Origin: Mustelus asterias
Lineage: Eukaryota
DNA length: 64,000 nt
Assembly (NCBI RefSeq): GCF_964213995.1
Contig: NC_135826.1
Coordinates: forward strand, 1,736,001 to 1,800,000
Direction: 5' to 3'
The notes under the pieces were generated by a model. That model was not told the origin of the DNA and made no database searches. It was given only the letters and a program-made list of their open reading frames with translations. Position 1 is the first letter of the stretch; each line of letters opens with the position of its first letter. Position numbers and translations under genes: made by a program. This document shows positions 24,690 to 37,304 of the stretch, piece after piece.

Positions 24690-25300
24690 TCTTGGGTTCG
24701 GTGAAGACCTCTCTGGTCATGCACAGAATTGTGTGTAGGGTGTGGCCTGTCATCTGCAGTATTTGATTCTGCGTGTTCAATACACGGTACTGGAACACAG
24801 GGCAAGGCATATTCAGGAATGGGGTGGCTTTGGAATTACCAGCATACCAGATTCAATGTCGTGTGGTGTTAGATGATCTCATGAGGGGGGCATCTGTATT
24901 TTCCAAATAATGTCGAAATGTAGTAATCTAATATTACATCCCAAAACCATTCTTTGCATTTGAAACTGTGAAAAGCTTGATTATTCAAAACACAAAGGGA
25001 GAACTCATTGAAACACGTTTTCAGCACATAATCTACGTACTATCTCCTTGGTTAAAGTATTTTGGCCTGCAACTTGTTCCTATCTGCATGTTGAACAATG
25101 GACCCAGCAGGCTGCATTATTAGCATGTTTCAGATACCTACATGTAGCTGCAGACTGTGTGTAAGATTCTGAAATAAGCAAAAGCACAGAAAATGGAGCA
25201 ACAGGAAAATATGTGCACTCCTAGGTTTGGCCAATTGCCAGAGTGTAGCCCAGGCACAGTGCTACAAGAAGTTCAAAGACCTCACACAACTGTGAGGGTC
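24690..25300. mobile_element. Possible PIF/Harbinger transposon relic
   Basis: - strand YRVL...LQMT...LCMTREVFTE resembles a HARBI1-type N-terminus; + strand QCYKKFKDLT near 25258 resembles a Myb/SANT helix. Heavily decayed. Confidence 0.35.
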
Positions 25301-25869
25301 AGTGAATGCATCTTCGCATAGCATCTCCTATCACACCGCCCCATCAATCTCTCATGATGTAAATGCACCACACCCTCATCTTTCGTCCATCCACAATCTC
25401 TAGCCATCTGTACTTGGGCCTAGCATTTCCGATAATCCACTTCATCCTCACACATGAGTAAAGTATGTGCACAGTAGGATGGTTGCAAAATTATTTACGT
25501 ATAAGATGGACTACTTTTTAAGAGTTCGAGTGTCTGTACAATGTGTTGGTGGCATACTAATCCTCCCAGATCTCATGGTACGCCCTTCCTGAGGACTAGA
25601 CTTATCACTTTGGTATTCTTATAGGTGTGTTATCAGGGTGTTGGCTGTCTTCATGGTTGGTCTTTGACAATTTCACTTTGAGTTCATCTTTGGATGTGTT
25701 GTAGATTCAATTGGCGTGCTGGATGTTAAACAGTTGTACAATTCCCTTAGCTGGTTTCTCCTATTCTGTGTTTTGACTTTGTTGGATCTAGGCTCACTGC
25801 ACACTTTGGATACTTCTGTGGTGACCAATTTCCTTGGGTAGGATATATGACCCAAATCTTATGTCCAAA

Positions 25870-26225
25870 TGGAGTGGTATTGTCACTGGACTAGTAATTC
25901 AGCGACCCAAAGTAATCCTCTTGGGACCTGGGTTCAAATCTCACCACTGCAGATGGTCAAATCTGAATTCAATAAAAATCTGGAATTATAGGTCTAATGA
26001 CCATGAAATCATTGTTGATTGTTGGAAAAACCCATTTGGTTCAATAATGCCCTTTAGGGAATAAAATCAGCTGCCATTACCCGGTCTGACATGCATGTGA
26101 CTGCAGGCCCACAGCAATGTGGTTGACTCTTAAATGCCCTCTGAAAACCACTCAGTTTTAAGTCAATTAGGCTTTGGGCAATAAATGCTGGTCCAGCGAC
26201 GCTTATCTCATGAATGATTATTTAA
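25870..26225 (+). mobile_element. tRNA-related SINE family 2
   Basis: agtggtattgtcactggactagtaat...ggttcaaatc...ggcaataaatgctgg. Confidence 0.65.
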
Positions 26226-26397
26226 AAAAAGTAGGCACCTACATGTGCTGTCTTCATTCTCTATTTTTTAAGAAGCTGCTCCTGTTACTTTGAGAACTGG
26301 GACAGGTGATGCCTTGGCAAGGTTCTCAGAACCTGCCTTCCAAACATGATTTCTGCTGGTGACAGTAAACTCATATCTAAAGTGCAACATGGCAATT

Positions 26398-27755
26398 TTT
26401 ATGATCCTTGGACAGACCTGGGACATGGGGGAGAGATCTGGTTAGGGACCAATAACATTTTCCTGAAAGCAGATAAAGGTTGAGATTCAAGACACCAGCT
26501 TTTGGAATAAGGCAAGATTCCATGGGTTTTGAAAAAACAAAAACAAACTTTACTACACAAGTTCAGGAAGATGAAATACATTTTAATACATATACTAATT
26601 CTTAACATTAGAGTATAAGATGAGGTACATATGAAGTAACAGATGAACTGTGGGTGAACACACAACTACAGAGTAAATGGCAGGTGCAACCATGACAGAG
26701 TCCATGGATTTCTCAAGAACTCACCCAAATGTCAGTAAACAAGAATAGGCCATTCAGCCCCTCAAGCCTGCTCAGCCATTTAATAAGATCATGGCTGACC
26801 GGATTGTAACCTCAATTCCACATTCCTGCCTACCGCTTATAACCTTTCGACCCCTTGTTAATCAAGAATCTATCTAATTCTGTCTTTAAAACATTCAACA
26901 ATTCTGCTTCCATTGCCTTTTGAGGAAGAAAGTTCCAGAGTCTCACAACTCTCTGAGAGAAAAAAATTCTCATCTCTGTCTTAAATGAATGACTCCTTAT
27001 TTTTAACTAGTGACCCTTAGTTCTAGATTCCCGTAGAAAACAAAACATCCTCTCCACATCCACCCTGTCAAACAATCTCACTGAAACCTTGCCTCATAAG
27101 GAATTCCCAGCTTCACCTTTGAAGATCTCTCCCTAGAATTCATTCCAGAGGTCGCTCCCATTAGGTTGGCTTTGGCAAAGGCCCACCACACAGGGTGTAA
27201 ATCTCACCTTCCAAGATTTCTTCTCCTGGATTCCCATTTACACTCAAACACTAGCTCATAAGCACACTTTGATCTATGACCATGTCAAACAGAACACCAA
27301 CTGCTCTGAAAGGATACCTTTTTTTGTGTACCTTTTGGCACTTTATTCCCAATCAAAAATCCAATTCAAAACTGATCCAAGCTGACAAGACAGACCATAC
27401 CTCCCACCTTGGTCTGATTCAAACAACATGCAAGCTGACAGGGTGAGGCATTACACCCCCTCCTGGGCTTGATCTGAACTTCATCTTAGCCAAATGGCCT
27501 AGATGGCTTTTTAACAAATTGCTTCAGGTGAAGCTTCAGTATAACCCCATTGTCCAAGACCAGATTTACACTTGACCTTAACCAAAAGGCTACCTTTGCC
27601 CCAGTGGCCCACAGTATGGAGTGCTCCTGCTGACTGCAACTTTTAATTTGGAGTCTATTTATTTGCTCCCTCCTTTTAACAGGACATATTCCTATGACTT
27701 GGCTATCAGATTGCCTCACACTGACACTTAACTGATCTGGGGATCTATCAAAACA
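26398..27755 (-). mobile_element. Possible solo LTR interrupted by a CR1 3' fragment (26735-27070)
   Basis: The - strand starts tgttttgatagatcccc and ends ggtctgtccaaggatcataa with an agtaaa signal. The CR1 insert is clear; LTR identity is tentative. Confidence 0.3.
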
Positions 27756-28489
27756 GTCCCACCGTTGTTACTAGGTAGAAATTAAAGTAACAAGCATCCT
27801 AACATTCTGTACCTTAAATGCTACAATCTCCACAGACTGCTAATGTAGCAGTCAGGGACACTCACATCAATAAATTTCAGGACAGCAATGCAGAGATCTT
27901 GTTTGGCTGCACTTGATGATATTTGCCTTAATGGTTCAAACCATCACTCAGCGAGACCTTTGGAACTGGGATACACTAAATGGTGTGCCAGTATATTGTG
28001 GCCCATTGTGCAACATGGCTTCTTCAGGTGTACTGAACAAACTGAATATTACATTATTGTCCTAATGAAGAGCCAAACAGATTCAAAATGCTAACTCTGT
28101 TTTCTCTCCCTACAGATGCTGGCAGACCTGCTGAGACTTTCCGGCATCCTCTGTGCTTGTTTCAGATTCCAGCATCCACAGTATTTTGCTGATTATTGCA
28201 TTAATTGTGCCTGCCATGGCTGCACTTGAGGTATCCTTCAGTTGTCTGATGAATGGAAACTTGGAAATGTAGGCCACAATTCTCTCATCGTGACCCCCAA
28301 CTTTTCTGGTGGGTCGCGTTGGAGATGCGCGTCACCGGCCTTGTGCTGGGACTTGCGCATGCGCCAGGAACACATGCACATCTCCCAGAGCCGGCGAACA
28401 GTCGCCGGTCAGATCACGTTGGAAACCGGCAGGAAGACAGGCAAGTCATTTGAATCTGTTTTAAATGTATTTTAAATATGTTTTCAATC

Positions 28490-29745
28490 TAATCTAGTGG
28501 GGTTCTGCTGGGATCTGTGCCAGGACTCCAACTGTTCACATTATATATTAATGATTTGGAAAAGGGAACTGAATGTATAATCTCCAAATTTGCAGATGAT
28601 ACAAAGTTGGGTGGGAGGGTGAGCTGTGAGGAGGATGCAGAGATGCTTCAGCGTGATTTGGACTGGCTCAGTGTGTGGGCATCTGTATGACAGATGCAGA
28701 TAATGTGGATAAATGTGAGGTTATCCACTTTGGTAGCGATAATAGGAAGACAGATTATTAAGTGTTACTTAAATGATACTCAACCAGACCTTCGTGTCCT
28801 CATGCATCAGTCGCTGAAAGTAAGCACGCAGGTACAGCAGGCAGTAAAGAAGGCAAATGGTAGGTTGGCCTTCATAGTGACAGGATTTGAGTATAGTGAT
28901 AGGGATGTTTTGCTGCAATTGTACAGCGTGTTGGTGAGGCCACACCTGGAGTATTGTGTGCCGTTTTGGTGTCCTTATCTGAGGAAGGATATCCTTGCTA
29001 TAGAGCGAGTACAGCAAAGGTTTACCAGGCTGATTCCTGAGATGGCAGGTCTGTCAGATGAGGAGAGACTAAGTCGGTTAGGATTATATTCACTGGAGTT
29101 TAGAAGAGTGAGAGGAGATCTCATAGAAACTTATAAAATTCTAACAGGGTTAGACAGGGTAGATTCAGAAAGAATGTTCCCAATGGTGGGGGAGTCCAGA
29201 ACTAGGGGTCATAGTTTGAGGATAAGGGATAAACCTTTCAGGACTGAGGTGAGGAGAAATTTCTTCACCCAGAGAGTGACGAATGTGTGGAATTCGTTAC
29301 CACCGAATGTAGTTCGGACCGAAACATTGTGTGATTTCAAGAAGAAATTAGATATAACTCTCAGGGCTAAAGGGATATGGGGGGGGAAGGGGGATCAGGA
29401 TATTGAATTCGATGATTAGCCATGATCAAGATGAATGGAGTAAGAAGTTTAACAACACCAGGTTAAAGTCCAACAGGTTTATTTGGAAGCAAAAGCCACA
29501 CAAGCTTTCGGAGCTCTTAGCCCCTTCTTCAGGTGAATCTGGAACTCACCTGAAGAAGGGTCTAAGAGCTCCGAAAGCTTGTGTGGCTTTTGCTACCAAA
29601 TAAACCTGTTGGACTTTAACCTGGTGTTGTTAAACTTCTTGCTGTGTTTACCCCAGTCCAACGCCGGCATCTCCACATCAAGATGAATGGCGCAGCAGGC
29701 TTGAAGGGCTGAATGGCCTACTCCTGCTTCTAGTTTCTATGTTGG
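28490..29745 (+). mobile_element. CR1 LINE 3' fragment
   Basis: ISKFADDTKLG at about 28580, ORF 28694-29419 RT C-terminus, typical 3' UTR interrupted at 29439. Confidence 0.85.
29439..29676. mobile_element. Family A Penelope-type fold-back insertion (about 95 bp arms), 14 bp TSD, hammerhead motif at 29547-29583
   Basis: atcaagatgaatgg at 29425-29438 and 29677-29690; cac-CTGAAGA-a-gggtct-aag-agctcc-GAAA-gctt-gtg. Confidence 0.88.
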
Positions 29746-30271
29746 AGTTAGAAGAACGGGAAAGTTAGGAGGCTCATTTGAAGTTTAAACACGGCATGGA
29801 ATGGTTGATTTTCCTGTTTCTGAGCTGTGAATACTATGGGCAGTGTCATTAGGAAAGCAGTGGCAGCTACCGGTATTGCACCCATCAGAGGCCCAGGATC
29901 GCTGAGGGGCCCTTCCCTGGACTCCTGCAAGCAACTGCTACTGGGTTTGCTTTTTGGGCTTCCCACATTCAATTGTGCTGTCCTTCACTTGCCGCATACC
30001 ACCAACATCAAGATGAGGCCCTGAAGTGGACATCAATTGTCCACTTAAGGGCCTCAATTAGAAGTGGAGCAGGAAAGCCATATAGGAACCTTCCCACCCT
30101 GGACTTAATTGGAGCAGAGGCAGGAATGTGGTAGGGCCCCCATGCCACCCTTCCATCTGATTAAATATCCCCCAGCCACCAAAGGCATTAGATTGTGCCC
30201 TCTGTAACAACACAATACAGTGATTGACCACCTCAGCTCATCATGCTGGAACTTAAACTCAACCATGGATT

Positions 30272-30610
30272 GCACGGTAGCACAGTGGTTAGCACTGCTG
30301 CTTCACAGCTCCAGGGTCCCGGGTTCGATTCCCGGCTCGGGTCACTGTCTGTGTGGAGTTTGCACATTCTCCTCGTGTCTGCGTGGGTTTCCTCCGGGTG
30401 CTCCGGTTTCCTCCCACAGTCCAAAGATGTGCAGGTTAGGTTGATTGGCCAGGTTAAAAATTGCCCCTTAGAGTCCTGAGATGCGTAGGTTAGAGGGATT
30501 AGCGGGTAAAAATATATGTAGGGTAGGGCCTGGGTGGGATTGTGGTCGGTGCAGACTCGATGGGCCGAATGGCCTCCTTCTGCACTGTAGGGTTTCTATG
30601 ATTTCTATGG
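30272..30610 (+). mobile_element. V-SINE (HE1-like)
   Basis: Full head, V-domain and CR1-type tail. Confidence 0.82.
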
Positions 30611-31097
30611 ATTGTTGATACTGTTCCCAATTTATGAAGGTTGCTTCACCTATTTCCAATCGGCCTTTGACAGAATTTGCTTGTGAGAATTGTATTTAAC
30701 TTGGATGCAATTGAGTCTCGCCAATGCAAGAGTCCTTTTGACAAGACTTGTTGATTTATTTTCCTTCCAGACACAGACCTCAATGATCATGCCCATCCCT
30801 TGTCCAGGATTTCTGACTCCTTGGTTATTTTTGGCAGAGTGCTTTGGGTTGGTACCAGTACCGTGGTGAAAACTAAAGTCAGCACCAGATGTGCTCTGGT
30901 TTTGCATGACTCCGGGATATCGCCCAACTTGTGTGAGACTCGAGTCCACTCTACCTCAGATTTTGAGGCTTGCACATCATCAGCACAGCCCTGAGCCCAT
31001 GGATTCCTCAAGCCACTACAATGGCAGCTCTCGGTGAAGCATCCCATCGTCTTATGGGTGCAATACAGTCTTCCCTGGTGGTCACCCCAGCAGAAGG

Positions 31098-31391
31098 GCA
31101 GCACGGTAGCACAGTGGTTAGCACTGCTGCTTCACAGCTCCAGGGATCTGGGTTCGATTCCCGGCTTGGGTCACTGTCTGTGTGGAGTTTGCACATTCTC
31201 CTCGTGTCTGCATGGGTTTCCTCCGGGTGCTCCGGTTTCCTCCCACAGCCCCTGAGATGCGCAGGTTAGAGGGATTAGTGGGTAAAATATGTCGGGATAT
31301 GGGGGTAGGGCCTGGGTGGGATTGTGGTCGGTGCAGACTCGATGGGCCGAATGGCCTCTTTCTGTACTGTAGGGTTTCTATGATTCTATGA
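31098..31391 (+). mobile_element. V-SINE (HE1-like) with internal deletion
   Basis: As 30272 but lacking tccaaagat...ttagagt. Confidence 0.8.
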
Positions 31392-32399
31392 TAATGTTCA
31401 ATTCCTGGATAGCCAAGAGTGGCCTCTTCTTCCACTGTTGAGTACAGGAACGTTCAGACTTCCCACCCCTCCGAGTTTGGAGGGAAACTGAGTTATTGGT
31501 CCCCAAACACTACCTCAGGTGGAGCTGCCACTGTATTCAGGGAGTTGGTTAACATTTCTGTGTTGGAACGGGTACCTCCAAACTCTGCACAAAGCCTGGT
31601 ACCAACTTGCAGCTGGACTCTTCCATGATCCTGCCCAGTGACACGCTGGCTGGCATGCCCATCTATGCACCAGACATCTCTGTGCATGCCCAGCCTGCAA
31701 GCTTGCCCATCATTGCAATCCCGGCAGCAGAACCTATCTGTGGCCTCAGTCTCCAAGACACATGACCTGTGCTTGCCTGGCTGCAGCCCATTAATGTCCA
31801 GTGAATTAACAAAAGTGGATCCTGACTCCATACTACCCTATAAGATAGGCGCAGTGCCTGTAACTGGATCATATGACTGTGTATCTTCATCACCCTTCCT
31901 CATGAATCTGCTGTGACTGGCGAAGTCGCAGCTCCTAGGCAACCAAAAGCACAATGCAAAAGGAAGAGAATTGGGGTGACAGAAGGTGGGATGGAAAATA
32001 AAATATCCATTATCACATCATCCACAGTTTTCACTTTGTCAGCTAGCAGGACGAGGTAGGATTTGGGAAGGGGCATTGGCAAGAACATAGTCACCTTGAT
32101 GTTCCCTCTGACATTGGATACAATGGCCTTTGTCACAGCCAGCCCCATGATGAACACCATTTCCTCCAGAGGGATCAGCTGATGTAGATGGGCCTGTCTC
32201 CCTTAGGCCACATTGTCCTGAAAAATGGCAGTGATTTTACTACCATGTATTTTGGACATGTCTGAATCGCTAAACCTGTGTGGAAGTTTGAAGAGCTGTG
32301 TGAAGTGGGTATTATTGGAGAGTGATCCTAGTGTGCGAGGATAACTATCTGAATGTTAGGCCTGAATCCTGATTGTTCGAGATGACAGCTTGCTGAATG

Positions 32400-32700
32400 A
32401 TGCGGTGTGGTGACAGTTGGAGATAGTTTTTGAAGATTAATCCATTGAACTTGACCACCTGTGTGAAGCCATTGAACTTCCTCCAGCATGTGGAATCCAG
32501 GCGCCAGGATTCTGCCAGGTGCTTGACAGATTCAGGGGACTGATCTGCCTGGACACCTGTCCCCTTTCCCTTCAGAGGTTGTGCCTTCAGGGCCTTCAGC
32601 CCCTGTGGAATCATTCATTTCCTCCTCCTTTCTGTCTCGTGTACTAACGCCTCTAGAGTCACATCAGGAAGCCTTTGAGGCCTTGTTAATGCCTAATGCT
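32400..32700 (-). pseudogene. Degenerate Myb/SANT-like ORF, probably Harbinger-associated
   Basis: The - strand gives LPDVTLEALVHETERRRK*MIPQG and CWRKFNGFTQVVK, resembling MSANTD-type motifs; contains stops. Confidence 0.35.
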
Positions 32701-32861
32701 CTATATTCCTCCAAAGACAGTCAGCAGCAATGTGCAAATCTCCTTTAAAAGAGGGATAGACTGCATTTGAGAGGTGCAGGCTAACCAAAACACAGAGGCT
32801 TTTTTCTACTCGGCTTTTGCACTAGCTGCCACAAGCTTCAGTGAATCCCTCAGCACATAAG

Positions 32862-33095
32862 TTTAAGTTTATTTATTAGTTTCACAAGTAGGCTTACATT
32901 AACACTGCAATGAAGTTACTGTGAAAATCCCCTAGTCGCCACATTCCGGCGCCTGTTTGGGTAACACTGAGGGAGAATTTAGCATGGCCAATTCACCTAA
33001 CCAGCACGTCTTTTGGACTGTGGGAGGAAACTGGGAGCACCGGAGGAAAACCATGCAGACACGGGGAGAACGTGCAAACTCTGCACAGACAGTGA
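32862..33095 (-). mobile_element. V-SINE with alternative tail, lacking the head
   Basis: Same tail as 3625-3922. Confidence 0.7.
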
Positions 33096-33179
33096 TCATA
33101 GTCCTGGACCCTGGAACGTTCCAATCTGCAATACTCAGACATCAACACCTCTTTGCAATGGAAGCTTCAGGCACGTTTT

Positions 33180-33430
33180 GAGGCAGTAGTGTCATGGTAT
33201 TGTCACTGGACCAGTAATCCAAAGGAACAGACTAATGCTCTGGGCACATGGGGTTTAAATCCCACCATGGAAACTGGTGGAATTTAAATTCAAATCTGGA
33301 ATTGTCTTCCTAATAATGGCCATGAAACCATTGTTGATTGTTGTAAAAACCCATCTAGTTCACTTACTTGGTCTGGCCGAGATGTGACTCCAGACCCACA
33401 GCAATATGGTTGACTCTGAAATGGCTGAGC
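33180..33430 (+). mobile_element. tRNA-related SINE family 2
   Basis: Similar to 25870-26225. Confidence 0.6.
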
Positions 33431-34171
33431 AAGCTACACAGTTACTTCAAACCACTCTAGAAAGGAATGGAACAGAACAGACAACCCAGGCACTGGAAAT
33501 GATAACAGCACACTCAACAATCCCATCCAAGCCCTATCCCCGTAAACCCACCTATTTACCCTACTAATCTCCCGAACATTAAGGAGCAATTTAGTATAGC
33601 CAATCAACCTAACCCACACATTTGTGGACATGAAGATGGCATGCCAGGAGCAAACCAGGCATACCTAAAAATTAGGAGTCAAGCTGGTGAAACTACAACA
33701 CAGGAGTATTTGTGTGCCAAACACCATAAGTAGCAAGCAATAAACACAGCTAAGCAATTCCACAATGAATGGTTCAGATCTAAACTCCTCAGTCATGCCA
33801 CATCCAGCCGTGAATGATGGTGGAAAATTAAACAATTCACTGGAGGAGGAGGCTCTACTAATATCCCCCTCAATGGTGGAGGAGCCCAGCACAAAGAGCC
33901 CACCACAAAAAAGATAAGGCTGATTACAAAGTGTGTGGGGGTGGGGGAGAGGGATGCTGATTACAATGCGTGTGGAGGAGGACTGATTACTGTGTGTGGG
34001 ACAGGGGTTGATTATAGTGTGTTGTGGGAGGGGGGGCTGATTACAGTGTGCATTATGGTTGGTGAGGGAGTTCACTGATCCTGCCACCCATACACTTGGA
34101 GACCAAAAGAGAAAATGCTGGAAAATCTCAACAGGTCTGGCAGCATCTGTAAGGAGAGAAAAGAGCTGATT

Positions 34172-34212
34172 GAGCTTTGACAAAGGGTCATCTGGACTCG
34201 AAACGTCAGCTC
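34172..34212 (+). ncRNA. Minimal type I hammerhead motif with U3-A8 variant core
   Basis: gagct-TTGACAA-a-gggtc-atctg-gactc-GAAAC-GTC-agctc. Confidence 0.7.
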
Positions 34213-34636
34213 TTTTCTCTCCTTACAGATGCTGCCAGACCTGCTGAGATTTTCCAGCATTTTCTCTTGGAAAACAGTTGATGTTTCGAGTCCAGCGGAC
34301 CCTTTGTCAAAGCTGTTTTTTTAACTGTAGGGTGAGGGAATGAAAGATGAGTCGTAGCCACAAAACCAAGGGGAAAGCCTGCGACAGATGAAGATATGGG
34401 GGAGGAGGGGTGGGGGAGAGAGGGGGGGGGGAGATGGGGGTGGGGGAGAGAGGGGGGGGAGATGGGTGTGGGGGAGAGAGGTAAAATTTAGAAAAGGGGG
34501 AAAGAGTGGGGGAAAAGAAAAATAAAGAAAAACAATAAAAGGTAGGGAACAGCTAAAAATTAAATAAAATGAAAACAAAGGGGTCAGGGTGGGGTAGAGC
34601 TAATTATCTGAAGTTCTTGAATTCGATGTGGAGACC

Positions 34637-34679
34637 AGAGCTTTGACAAAGGTTCATCTAGACTCGAAACGTCAGCTCT
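34637..34679 (+). ncRNA. Minimal type I hammerhead motif with U3-A8 variant core (second copy)
   Basis: agagct-TTGACAA-a-ggttc-atcta-gactc-GAAAC-GTC-agctct; one stem II mismatch. Confidence 0.6.
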
Positions 34680-35324
34680 CTTCTCTCCTTTCAGATGCTG
34701 CCAGACCTGCTGAGATTTTCCAGCATTTTCTTTTGGTTTCAGGTTCCAGCATCCGCAGTAATTTGTTTTTATCCATACATTTGGAATTTGGCTGATGAAT
34801 ATGTGAAATAACATGTTTACAAATCACAGATTTCAATTTCCCAAAGGACATGCCCCACCCTCTCTGTAATCCCCTCCAATCCTAGAGCCTTTAAATATGT
34901 TTTTGTTTATGATACCTGGCCTCTTGTGCACTTCCAATTATAATTGTGCCACCATTAGTGGCTGTGGCTTCAGCTGCCTAGTCCGTAAGCCTTGGAATCC
35001 CCTCACTGAACTCTACTTTCCTCCTTGAAGACAATCCCTTTGACCACGTTTTTGGGCCTCCGACCTGATATGCCCTTATGTGACTCAATGTCAGAGTTAT
35101 TGTATAATGTTCCTGTGAAGTACCTTGGGACGTTTCATGAAGCTATAGGTGCTTTATAACTATATGATGTATAACTATATATGATATAACTATATGATGT
35201 ATTGTTTATGGGTTGTATTGGTTACATGATAGATTGGTTCTAGGCTGTGTTGGTTATGTGATGTATTTATTACCGGGTGATCTCTGATCCTTGAACTTTA
35301 CTAAATGTTGCAATTCCACTCAGT

Positions 35325-35499
35325 GTCCCATTGGCTATTTGACGAGGATGTTATGCGCATGCGCAGTGTTCAAGGCCCCGACAGACCATGCAACCTCGCG
35401 CATGCGCCTCCCCGCACGCACAGTGCCTGACGCCGGTTTCCCCCTCCGAGCAGGCGGCGCCATTTTGTTCACTTCGTCCCTGGCGGTCGGATCGCGGTG
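35325..35499 (+). promoter_or_regulatory. CpG-rich promoter / 5' UTR of SAFB
   Basis: Abrupt CpG enrichment; inverted CCAAT (attgg) near 35330; NRF1 palindromes TGCGCATGCGCA 35354-35365 and GCGCATGCGC 35398-35407; YY1 motif CGCCATTTTG 35458-35467. Confidence 0.75.
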
Positions 35500-35652
35500 A
35501 TGGCGGCGGAGAGCGAGTCTGTGGCGCAGGCGGCGGCGGAAGAGTTGCGCAGCATCGCCGAGTTGCGGGTGGTGGATCTGAAAGCGCAGCTAAAAAAGAG
35601 AAACCTCGACACGAACGGCAACAAGAGCGTCCTGGTGGAGCGACTCCGCAAG
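35500..35652 (+). CDS. SAFB: SAFB coding exon 1 (SAP domain)
   Basis: MAAESE...[31 protein letters not shown]; donor gtgagg; ends phase 0. Confidence 0.93.
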
Positions 35653-37216
35653 GTGAGGGAGGCTTGGGCAGCAATTGCAAAGCGCCAGGCCTAAGGCCTG
35701 GACAGCACCGCGGGGCCCCCTCCCTGCCCCAGGCTCGGAGTCAGGCCTCTGCTCGGTGAGGAAGGCCACACATCCTCGCCAATCAGTTTGGTTGTGCCGC
35801 TGCCGCTCACTCCTCTCCGCTCTTGTATTTATCTCGTATTCCCGATGGAAATACCTTTCCTCATTGAATTCCCGTTCTTCCTCCAAACAAAACGCTCTTA
35901 GCAGCTCTTCAAAAATGTTAACGAGTGGCCTTCATTCTCGTTCACATCTTTCCTCTGAAATTCGTCTGAAAATTCCCGCTCCATGCTATTTGAAATCCGC
36001 ATTGACTTTGTTTCCTCTTCAGCTTTAAAGCTAATTTACTCAATTTTGTGCAAAAGCTTCTCTTTTGTCCCGAAAATACCACGTGTTTTCTGGGGCCAGT
36101 TTGAACCCTGTTACTGCAGATCACTAATCTGGTTAGCGAAGTACAATCTCCTTGAGAATAGTTAACATACACCAGAAGGACTTTAATTAAATGCCTTTTG
36201 CGATTCTAAACCTGATGTGAATTGCAAAACAGAGGAGCTGGTAACAGTTTCTCCTATTCATGTAGAATTCAAAATTGGTAGTTGCAAAGTACCAGGAATA
36301 TCTGCGTTGAAGATTAAAACATGAAATAGATTAGTAGTTTATTGTATTGGCAATTCTACGTTTCACGATTTTGAAGATTACAACTTAACAGTTTTAGTAA
36401 ATTGAGAAGGATATTTCTGGCTAAATATGAAGGGATTTTGTAAGGTGTACAAACTCAAATTAATATAAGACTAGAATATGAACCAATTGTGGTTGCAGTG
36501 ACTGATTAGTCTAAAATATCTCCATTGCAGTAATTAATGCTGTAGTTGCCAGTAGTGGTGTTATTTTTCAACCACACCTTGAAGTTTCAGTCATTTTCCT
36601 TGCATTAGAAATAGTTTTTCTTAAAGGTGCTGATCAGGAGAATATCTGAAAGTAATTCTCCATGATGGGAGTAGTGGTGGATTCAGGAGGTTACATCTGA
36701 GCTCATGTAAATCTTGCAGGTTTTCCAACCTAAATGTTTGATGTAAAAATTAACAACTTGCAGTTTATAGCAGTTTACACAAAATAAATAATCTGAAGGT
36801 GATTTCCGAAAGGTTTGGTGAATTTTAGTAAGTTGGAGGCGGCAAATACATGGTTAAAGAGGGTTAATACAGATAATATTTCAGGAGCCCTTTGAACTAT
36901 TAATTGGAATGAAGCAAGAAAATTTAATCATGTATGATTATGGTAGCCAAGGTTCTGCCATAATGGAAATGGAGGATGTGTGTTAAATCATATGGAGATT
37001 TCAAGAGTACTTGTTGGTATCAAATTCCTCCATATAGGTAATATCCTTGTGATTTCTCCAATTACAATTTAAGCAAACTGCTCAACTGCTTTATTTCTTT
37101 TAACTCATCAGGATTTTTACCCTTTTAAGTATTTAACACATTTTTCCATAAATAATTTTATAAATACAAGTTTTTTACCCTTTTCACGTAATAATAATTG
37201 TGGTCTCTGACTCTAG

Positions 37217-37304
37217 GCAGTAGAAGAGGAAGGAGGGAATCCTGATGAAATTCCAATTGCGGCAGACACTCCAGGACGGAAAATATCAAAGCGGACAGGA
37301 AAAG
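37217..37304 (+). CDS. SAFB: SAFB coding exon 2
   Basis: AVEEEGGNPDEIPIAADTPGRKISKRTGK-G; AG/GT sites; phase 0 to 1. Confidence 0.9.

Larger units (their letters stand above)
34101..34772. mobile_element. Composite family B Penelope-like insertion with three hammerhead motifs and a 13 bp TSD
   Basis: ccatacacttgga at 34088-34100 and ccatacatttgga at 34773-34785; inverted arms; G-rich spacer 34398-34480; tail tttcaggttccagcatccgcagtaatttg. Confidence 0.8.

Noticed and set aside
35155-35200. Three copies of tataactatatgatg near the promoter
   Set aside because: Simple AT-rich minisatellite; no evidence of function.
35351-36028. Overlapping GC-rich ORFs around SAFB exon 1 as a divergent gene
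   Set aside because: Expected from stop-codon scarcity in a CpG island; no recognisable domain or splice structure.
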